DNA from: Verrucomicrobiota bacterium
GTDB taxonomy: Bacteria; Verrucomicrobiota; Verrucomicrobiia; Limisphaerales; JACPZS01
NCBI GenBank assembly: GCA_039933075.1
Contig: JBDTOW010000001.1
Location: forward strand, 1 to 24,690
Length of the DNA: 24,690 nucleotides
Direction: 5' to 3'
The notes below the pieces were generated by a model. It was given only the letters and a program-made list of their open reading frames with translations. It was not told where the DNA came from and searched no databases. Both the position numbers and the translations under genes were made by a program. Below are positions 8,054-15,231 of the stretch, piece by piece; position 1 is the first letter of the stretch; each line of letters opens with the position of its first letter.

Positions 8054-9035
8054 ATGAGCTCCGGAATAAATCGTCAAACGATGTTGATAGTCCTTCTCGC
8101 TGGCAGCGTCGCGGGAATCTTTCTTTTTCCCCACAGGCAGGAGCCTCGGTATGATGGCAAGACAGGGCGGCGATGGCTTACGCAAATCCGGTACGGCCAT
8201 GAGACGGAGGACTCGCAAGTGCAACGAACCACGGTTGCCTTGCGGCAAATGACACCGCAATCGGTGCCTATCCTCATTCGCGAGCTGAGACATCGGGAAC
8301 CGGTGCTGGCTCTTCTATCAGCCAGATACGGATCCCACTTCCCTCCCATCTGGCGCCGCTGGCTTCCGCAAGCGGGCGAAGCACCCGGTCATTCGGGCCG
8401 CCCGCGAAACTCGCCATTCCTGCTCTCACAACAGCCCTGCTGGACGATGCCGAACTCGTTCGCGCCAACGCCGCGGTCGCTCTCGGTCGGATGGGATCTT
8501 TGGCCCATGATGCTGTCTCTCCGCTGGCATCCGTGCTCCGCGAAAGCGAAGCGCAGGTTCGCATCTGTGCCGCCAATGCGTTAGGGAAGGTTGGACCCGA
8601 TGGAAGCAGGGCTGTCACCGGGCTGTCACCTCCCTGGTGGAAAGCTTGAACGATCCTGTTCCCCTGGTCCGAGCGAGCGCTGCCAGGGCCCTGGGAAGGA
8701 TAAATGCGGTGTCGTGGCTGGTAGTTCCTGCCCTAAGCGGAGCGCTGAAGGATTCGGACGAGTTCGTCCGGAGCAGTGCTGTTTCGTCGATCGGAAGATT
8801 TGGCGCGGAGGGAGTGCAAGCGACTCCTGCGTTGGCGAACGCGCTGACCGATCCGAGCTATCCGGTGCGTATTTGTGCTGCCGAAGCGCTCGGGGAGATC
8901 GGTCCACTCTCGAAGCCCGTTCTGCCTGCGCTTATCGAGGCGCAGCGAAATGATCACGCGGGCCTCGGGCGTTTTGTCGCCGCGGCGCTTCAAAAAATCG
9001 AACACCCGCGCGAAGTGGCAGTCGTCGATGAATAA
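8054..9035 (+). pseudogene. Membrane-anchored HEAT (PBS-lyase-type) repeat protein A, frameshifted
   Basis: An N-terminal TM helix and EPRYDGKTGRRWL are in the 8054 frame. The HEAT repeats GPPAKLAIPALTTALLDDAELVRANAAVALGRMG resume in another frame at about 8395-8610. An 11-bp tandem duplication at 8609-8630 then shifts to the 8637-9035 frame (SLNDPVPLVRASAARALG...). Confidence 0.82.
8609..8630 (+). repeat. Perfect 11-bp tandem duplication (GGGCTGTCACC)x2
   Basis: The copies are at 8609-8619 and 8620-8630. Removing one restores ...GSRAVTSLVESLNDP... in frame. Confidence 0.9.
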
Positions 9036-9188
9036 ACGCGCGGACGAGTCCTTTTTTAGTCTTTCACGACCTTCGTTTGCCGGGTCTGCCAGGTTCCTGC
9101 CCGCCTCTCCAAATCCGGAATTGTCAGGCCTGCTGCACCCAAGTTTTTTCTCGCGAATCGAAACGCGATAAACGATCTTAAACCTCGT

Positions 9189-10394
9189 GTGAATAAACGT
9201 TGGATAATCGGGCTGGTGCTGGTGGTCGCATCGTTGGTCACATCGAGACTAGTTGCAAACTGGTTGAAGCCTCAGCCAAGTTATCAGGGTTACTCGGTTT
9301 CGCACTGGCTGAAAAGTCTGAGTTCGACCAATTATCTTGTCCGTGAGCAGGCATTCGAAGCGATTGTCCAGCTTGGACCGGATGCAGCTCTTGCGCTCAC
9401 CCACACCCTAAGAACCAAGCACTCGCGGTATCGAACGGTCTTTTTGCCGCTGCTCCAAAACCAGGCATGGCTCAGACGCGACATTTCTACGGAAGTCCGA
9501 CTCCAAACCCGAGCCGCCAAGGCTCTCGTTGAAATCGGTCCGCCTGCCGTCCCGGCGTTGTTCGAGCTTTTCAAAGACGACGAACGAACCTCCGACCTCG
9601 CCGCGGCTGGTGTTCTGCGGGCAATCGGTCCGGCCATTCTAGCGTCTGTAGTTGAACGCCTGAAGGATCCCGACCGCCGGATTCGAGGGGGGGCTGCGCA
9701 GACGATTTCGAAATTTGGCGGTGAGGCGAAGAACGTGGTTCCGGCGTTGCTCGTGGCGTTGAATGAAGCGGATCCGCGGCTGCGTTGCTACGTGGTGTCC
9801 GCGTTGGCGGAAATCGGCGCCGAAGCGAAGCCGGCCGTGCCGCAGTTGACCAAATTTTTGAATGACGACTTTTACGCCGTGCGTGATGGCGCCATCCGGG
9901 CGCTGGGCGAAATTGGTCCTGAAGCGAAAACGGCAGTGCCCGCACTAGCGTATCTACTTGAGGATCCGGATCAAAACATCCGTTGCACGGCGGCTTTGAC
10001 GTTGGGAAAAATTGGGACTGCAGCTATGCCTGCGGTCCCGAATTTGCGATTGGCGCTTAATGACACGGACAGGAATTTTGCCAGGGACGCAGCGGCGGCG
10101 TTGGCAAAAATTGATCCGCACGCCGAAGACGCGATTGCGCTGTTGACAGACTTTCTCGGCGCGGAGGATCTGGTTTTCCGTTGTCGCACGGCGATGGCTT
10201 TGGGAGAGATCGGTTCGGTAGCAAAAAGTGCGTTACCGGCGTTGATGCGAATGTTAACGAACGTGCCGCCGCAGGACGATCGTTTTGCCTTTGAGGCAAT
10301 CCAGAAGATTGAACCGGAAACTGCGGAGAGGTTTATGGAAGAGTCGATCGCGCGACGGAAACCCGCAGAGAGAATGGCGAAATCGGGGGATTAA
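9189..10394 (+). CDS. Membrane-anchored HEAT-repeat protein B (401 aa)
   Basis: MNKRWIIGLVLVVASLV TM/signal anchor, then QPSYQGYSVSHWL, then about 8 repeats of D.D..VR..A..ALG.IGP.AK.AVPAL. Confidence 0.88.
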   Translation: MNKRWIIGLVLVVASLVTSRLVANWLKPQPSYQGYSVSHWLKSLSSTNYLVREQAFEAIVQLGPDAALALTHTLRTKHSRYRTVFLPLLQNQAWLRRDISTEVRLQTRAAKALVEIGPPAVPALFELFKDDERTSDLAAAGVLRAIGPAILASVVERLKDPDRRIRGGAAQTISKFGGEAKNVVPALLVALNEADPRLRCYVVSALAEIGAEAKPAVPQLTKFLNDDFYAVRDGAIRALGEIGPEAKTAVPALAYLLEDPDQNIRCTAALTLGKIGTAAMPAVPNLRLALNDTDRNFARDAAAALAKIDPHAEDAIALLTDFLGAEDLVFRCRTAMALGEIGSVAKSALPALMRMLTNVPPQDDRFAFEAIQKIEPETAERFMEESIARRKPAERMAKSGD

Positions 10395-10565
10395 CCCTGG
10401 CACCGGGGAACTGCAACTCAGATCCTGATGGTCCGATGGAACAGACTCTACCAGGTTGTGACTCTAGGAGCCATTGAACAATTTCCCGCTTGGCGGCATT
10501 CCGGAGATAGTAGACGCTCGGCCATTCCGTTGACGAGCTCGAGCAAATGGTTGAAGTTGATTCAC

Positions 10566-11753
10566 ATGAGGAAGCTGTCCTTTGCTTTTTTATTCTCTTT
10601 GGTCTTCGCGGTTGGCGGGTTTACCGTAGTTTGGACCCTCAAGTACGTTGAGCCGGTTTATGACGGCAAAACCGCCCTCGGTTGGGCCGCCGACTTGAAT
10701 CGCGCCGACGAAAGTGTGCGGACGCGGGCTTCCGATGCATTGCGAGCAATGGGGCCTACGGCTGTTCGTTCCTTGGTCGCAGGTCTTCGGGAGAAAGATG
10801 TCTTCCCGAAGAAGTTCATTCAAGCTCTGGCGCTTAAACCGCCGGCGGCGATCCGAAGTCGCCTCTATCCGTATTTTAAGCCGGTGGATACTGCCAGCAT
10901 TCGGGCGGGAGCTGCGCGTGGGCTGAGCATTCTCGGTCCCGAGGCTCATGCCGCGATTCCGGCCCTCGGCCACGCGCTGCACGATAATAATCCCGGGGTA
11001 TCGATGAGCGCTGCCGAAGCCTTGGCCCGCATGGGACCGTCTGCTGTGCCGGAATTGATCCAGACCCTTCAGACTGGCGATATCAATGCACGCAACTCCG
11101 CCGCGTATGCGATCGGAGTAATCGGCCCACCCGCAACCAACGCGATCCCGTCGCTCATCCAAACATTGAAGCGCGGGACTACTTACGATGCCCGGCAGGC
11201 CGCTTATGCCCTGGGTAAGATTGGACCCGTCGCGACACCGGGGTTGTTGGGGCTGGTGAAACACCAGGATGGAGCAGTTAGGCGGTTGGCTGCATTTGCG
11301 CTCGGCGTCATAAGTCCGCCTGCAAAACAAGCCATTCCTTCCCTGATAAATGCCCTGGAGGACGACGAGGGGATCGTGCGGCTGCAGGTGGTGGAAAGTC
11401 TCATGGCTATTGGGCCGGGAGACAAGTGGGTAATTAGCGCTCTCGTGGAGCGAATCGGCGATAAAGACGCAAGTGTTCGGTTGGCAGCGGTCCAGGCGCT
11501 CTGCAAAGTCGCTCACGCCGCGAATACGGCAGTCCCTTTGCTGATTAAAACTCTGAAAGACGGACACGCTCCACTGCGTAGCTGGTCGGCAACGCTTTTG
11601 GGTATGATCGGTCCAGCGGCGAAACCAGCGCTTCCGGCATTGAAACAGGCGCTGGAAGATCCTGACGAGAAGGTGCATGCCTGCGTTCGCGAAGCGATGC
11701 AGAAGATCGAATCACGTGCCGACGCTAACGCAGGTGGAGACTCAAAGTTCTGA
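10566..11753 (+). CDS. Membrane-anchored HEAT-repeat protein C
   Basis: The likely start is ATG 10566 (MRKLSFAFLFSLVFAVGGFTVVW); the track starts at 10428. EPVYDGKTALGWA is followed by about 9 HEAT repeats. Confidence 0.88.
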   Translation: MRKLSFAFLFSLVFAVGGFTVVWTLKYVEPVYDGKTALGWAADLNRADESVRTRASDALRAMGPTAVRSLVAGLREKDVFPKKFIQALALKPPAAIRSRLYPYFKPVDTASIRAGAARGLSILGPEAHAAIPALGHALHDNNPGVSMSAAEALARMGPSAVPELIQTLQTGDINARNSAAYAIGVIGPPATNAIPSLIQTLKRGTTYDARQAAYALGKIGPVATPGLLGLVKHQDGAVRRLAAFALGVISPPAKQAIPSLINALEDDEGIVRLQVVESLMAIGPGDKWVISALVERIGDKDASVRLAAVQALCKVAHAANTAVPLLIKTLKDGHAPLRSWSATLLGMIGPAAKPALPALKQALEDPDEKVHACVREAMQKIESRADANAGGDSKF

Positions 11754-11973
11754 GCTCCCCAGTTGCGAGCTCGAGGGGTGGATTTTGCCTTACGCGCCGC
11801 CTTGGCGGACGTGCTTGGTCCGATTTGCTTTGATCTTCATGAACGTCCCAAATTGCCCCATCCTGCCCCGTAACAAGACGGCGCGAGATTCGGGTCGTTT
11901 TCGAATCATCAACTCGCCGTGGTGCTGCGTGTTTTCGACGTGTTGCAGGCGTATCTAGACCAATGCCTGGCGA

Positions 11974-11989
11974 TGGCACTGTCGCTGCT
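11974..11989 (+). promoter_or_regulatory. Putative sigma54 (-24/-12) promoter upstream of the pilin gene
   Basis: TGGCACTGTCGCTGCT matches the consensus TGGCACGNNNNTTGCW with exact GG-N10-GC spacing, about 110 nt upstream of the pilin ATG. Confidence 0.6.
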
Positions 11990-12100
11990 ACAGAAGGCGC
12001 TTGCGGCTTACAGCGGATAATCGGTGGACACTTAATAGTAATCATAGTTAAAAAACCGCTGCATCGTCCACGCCACAAATCACAGGAGAAAACGTTTGTT

Positions 12101-12478
12101 ATGATAAGGAAAGCCAATCGGAAAGCGGGCTTTACATTGATTGAAATCATGATCGTCGTAGCGATCATCGGGTTATTGGCCGCTATCGCAATACCCAACT
12201 TTGTGCGGGCTCGCGAGACAGCACAACTAAACGCAATTGTAAGTAACTTGCGAATCACTGAGGGCGCCAAAGACCAGTGGGCGTTAGAGAACAAAAAGGG
12301 GACCGGTTCTACGCCAGTCGCGAGCGATCTCGCGCCTTACACCAAAAACATTACGTTTCCGGCGACAGGGGTCGTGGGCGAAACCTACAATATCAACGCA
12401 GTTGGTATTCCGGCGACGGCTACCACCCCGGTTAAACTGGGTACATACACCGCCGGAAGCAATGTTACCATCCCCTAG
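12101..12478 (+). CDS. Type IV pilin (PilA-like prepilin, 125 aa)
   Basis: SD AGGAG at 12084-12088 and ATG at 12101. Class III signal MIRKANRKAG|FTLIEIMIVVAIIGLLAAIAIP with G-1, F+1 and E+5. The track's longer start (11963) is unlikely. Confidence 0.95.
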   Translation: MIRKANRKAGFTLIEIMIVVAIIGLLAAIAIPNFVRARETAQLNAIVSNLRITEGAKDQWALENKKGTGSTPVASDLAPYTKNITFPATGVVGETYNINAVGIPATATTPVKLGTYTAGSNVTIP

Positions 12479-12503
12479 CCGGACCCCCGCCACACCACCA
12501 AGC

Positions 12504-12529
12504 AAAAGCCCCGTTAATCGGGGTTTTTT
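12504..12529 (+). terminator. Rho-independent terminator after the pilin gene
   Basis: AAAAG-CCCCG-TTAAT-CGGGG-TTTTTT. Confidence 0.85.
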
Positions 12530-12883
12530 CAGTGTTTTCTCCCGACAAGCTAATCCACGCGGGCAGTAGCAAACAATCCCATTAGCACCGGTTTTTTAGG
12601 ACATCGATCAAATCCTTTGCGGTTTGAGTCAATAGAGTTCGAGGGTTGCCTCACTTACTTCCAAGTATCCGGCGTAAATATTTTGCGTACGCAGCAAAAG
12701 TCGGAACATTTCTGCCATTTCTTCTTGGCCCAGATCGCCAGTGAACTTGCTCGCAGAATACTCCCTCAATGATTCTTTCGATCAAAAAAGGATCTCGAGT
12801 AGCGCAAGTTTATCTCACGTAAGTTGAAGAGACTGAAGAAATTGAATTAGTTTTGCTCACAGCGGCCGAAAATAATGTTCAGC

Positions 12884-12906
12884 AATAGTTTACTAACTGG
12901 TCTAGT
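12884..12906. promoter_or_regulatory. Candidate TetR-family operator 1 (upstream of tetR)
   Basis: Imperfect palindrome with core TTTACTAACTGGTCTA. It is 17/23 identical to the reverse complement of 13592-13614. Confidence 0.55.
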
Positions 12907-12966
12907 TTGATAATTTATCACCATGATTCGGCAAGAGCTGGATCACAAAAACAAAATAATAACGTC

Positions 12967-13574
12967 ATGGGCCGCGTGAGCAATGCCAAAGAGAGACTGA
13001 TGAAAGCTGTCCAGGAGTTGATTTGGACGGGTTCCTACGGCAGTACGACTATTGACCAGATTTGCCAAAAGGCTGGAGTCAAAAAGGGGAGTTTTTACCA
13101 TTTCTTCGACTCAAAGGCGAGCTCGCAGTGACCGCCTTGGACGCCGAATTTAAGAACAAAAGCGCGGAAATGGACTCGCTATTCTCACCGACGGTCCCCC
13201 CGCTAGATCGAATTCGCAACTATTGTGAGTTTGCCTATCGCAAACAGGTTGAAATGAAGAAGCAGTGTGGTTGTGTGCTGGGTTGCCCACTCTTCACTCT
13301 CGGCTCTGAAGTCAGCACTCAAGAGCAGAAGCTGCGATCAAAAATTCAGGAAATCCTGGAATACCACGGGAAGTATTTTGAATCAGCGATTCGTGATGCC
13401 CACTCCACCGGTCTTATTGATGCGCCTGATATCCCTGCGAAGGCGCGGATGATCCGAGCCTATTTCGAAGGCTTGCTAACCCAGGCACGAATCCAAAACG
13501 ACGCCGAAGTGTTGCGTGAAATGGCTAATGGAATCTTCGCAATGCTCGGGGTAAAGGAATCCATCCCCGCATAA
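12967..13574 (+). pseudogene. TetR/AcrR family regulator (NemR/LmrA-like), single -1 frameshift
   Basis: HTH MGRVSNAKERL...TIDQICQKAGVKKGSFYHFFDSKA. One base is missing at about 13119-13120 (aag gcg -ag ctc); the frame then resumes ELAVTALD...GCPLFTLGSE...AMLGVKESIPA*. Confidence 0.9.
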
Positions 13575-13591
13575 GTTTTTTTTACCCTCTT

Positions 13592-13614
13592 ATTTGACTA
13601 GATAGACAACTATT
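13592..13614. promoter_or_regulatory. Candidate TetR-family operator 2 (between tetR and the small ORF)
   Basis: Core TTGACTAGATAGACAA is 12/16 self-complementary and begins with a -35-like TTGACT. It is an inverted match to operator 1. Confidence 0.55.
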
Positions 13615-13625
13615 CACCCAAAAGT

Positions 13626-13949
13626 ATGGAAGACATTTTACAATCGAAAGGGGATCGCGCCGCCACTCCAACTCTCGCAAACGCTTGCCTCACTTCGTGC
13701 CGAAAGCTCATTGCGCAAATCGAGAAGACGAAGGACGGGATCCTCGCACAATTCCGCGAGAAGCTTGAAGCACACGAACACCTGCTTCGCCTCGCGCTAA
13801 ACGAAGCCGAGGCGATCGCCTGGGAGACGGAATTCCCTCATCTCGTCTTCCCAATGCTCGCGACGGAGAAAGCTCAGGACGTAGTCACCTGGTTCGCACG
13901 GCAACGCTCCATCAATCGGCAGGCTTCGGTGCGTACGCCCGTGGGATGA
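13626..13949 (+). CDS. Hypothetical helical protein, 107 aa, inside the efflux operon
   Basis: Intact ORF co-oriented between tetR and the MFP gene, with protein-like composition (LLRLALNEAEAIAWETEFPHLVFPMLA). No family recognised. Confidence 0.7.
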   Translation: MEDILQSKGDRAATPTLANACLTSCRKLIAQIEKTKDGILAQFREKLEAHEHLLRLALNEAEAIAWETEFPHLVFPMLATEKAQDVVTWFARQRSINRQASVRTPVG

Positions 13950-13993
13950 TTCATTCACGTCGATTACCAACCACAACTTCAACTTCGAGAATT

Positions 13994-15171
13994 ATGTCGC
14001 CAAAAACTTTTCTTCACGTGACCTCAGCGACGCTTGGTTTCGTTGCCGCGATCGTCCTGTCAACTGGCTGCAGCCGACACACCACTCAGCAGTCACCGCC
14101 ACCGCCCTCAGTAACAGTGGCATCCAGCGAACAGAAGGAAATCGTTGAGTGGGACGAATTTACCGGCCGGACGGAGCCCGTGCAATCAGTCGAGGTCCGT
14201 CCGCGAGTTTCCGGATACATCCAGGAAGTGCGTTTTCAGTCCGGGCAATTGGTCAAGAAGGGAGACCTGCTTTTCGTCATCGATCCGCGCTGGCACCAGG
14301 CAGAATTCGACCGTCGCCAGGCTGAAGCGGAGCGGGCCAAGGTTCAATTGGAAAATGCCCGGCGAGAAGCCGACCGCACACCTCAACTGCTGGCAAACAA
14401 AGCTCTCTCCACCGAGGAGGCGGATGCGCGCGTAGCCCGGTACCAGGAGGCCAAAGCCGCTTTGCTCGCGGCGGAATCGGTCCGCGACTTTGTGCAGCTT
14501 GATCTCGAACACACAAATGTTCGCGCGCCCATCGCGGGCCGGGTTAGCCGCGCATTCCTGACCGAAGGTAATTACGTCAGCGGGGTCTCAGGCTCAACCA
14601 CATTGCTTACAACGATCGTTTCAGTGGATCCAATCTACGTGCATGCAGACGTTGACGAGGATACGCTCCTGAAGTTTAACGCATTATCGCTCGCCAAAAA
14701 GCTGGAAACCAATGCGGCTGGCAGGATTCCAGTCGAACTGCAACTTGCCGACGAACAAGGCTTCCCGCACCGGGGCCATATGGAGTCGATCGACAACCGT
14801 CTTGATCCCAACACCGGCAGCATTCTCTTGCGCGCCGTGTTTTCAAACAACGACAGCAGCATTGTGCCCGGATTATTTGCGCGTATCCGCGTGCCCTCGA
14901 GCGAACGCCATCCCGCTTTACTCGTGACCGAGCGCGCCATTGGCACCGACCGGCGCAAAAATATGTACTCACGCTAACCGCGTCGAACACCGTTTCGTAT
15001 CAATCGGTGAAGCTCGGTCCGATGATTGACGGCAAGCGGATCGTCTACTCCGGCTTGCAGGGAAGTGAGAAAATAATTGTCAACGGATTACAGCGGGTTC
15101 GTCCGGGAATGATCGTATCGGCCCAAGAAGAAGGGGCGAGCAACGAAGCTGTGGCGGTCGCGAAGCGTTAA
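13994..15171 (+). pseudogene. RND efflux periplasmic adaptor (MFP, AcrA/MexE-like lipoprotein), -1 frameshift near the C-terminus
   Basis: Lipobox-like VLSTGC|S, EWDEFTGR, VEVRPRVSGYI and APIAGRVSR. At about 14951 'gac c-g gcg caa aaa tat' loses one base; the shifted frame continues QKYVLTL...GLQRVRPG... to TAA 15169-15171. Confidence 0.9.
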
Positions 15172-15231
15172 TCGACTCCGCGGAAACCGAGTTCAGGAAT
15201 TTCTCCGCGGCAAATCCAAAGAATTCGATTT

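Noticed and set aside
10398-10415. TGGCAC...TGC upstream of HEAT gene C as a sigma54 promoter
   Set aside because: The GG-to-GC spacing is 12 nt rather than the obligatory 10.
10590-11678. 362-aa minus-strand ORF opposite HEAT gene C, and similar antisense or alternate-frame ORFs across 15-24 kb
   Set aside because: They have low-complexity Arg/Ser/Pro-rich translations typical of non-coding frames and fully overlap well-supported genes.
12131-12478. Pilin as an electrically conductive e-pilin
   Set aside because: Only 7 aromatic residues in 115 mature residues (about 6%), with long aromatic-free gaps and no aromatic at position 27. This does not fit the aromatic-dense e-pilin pattern.
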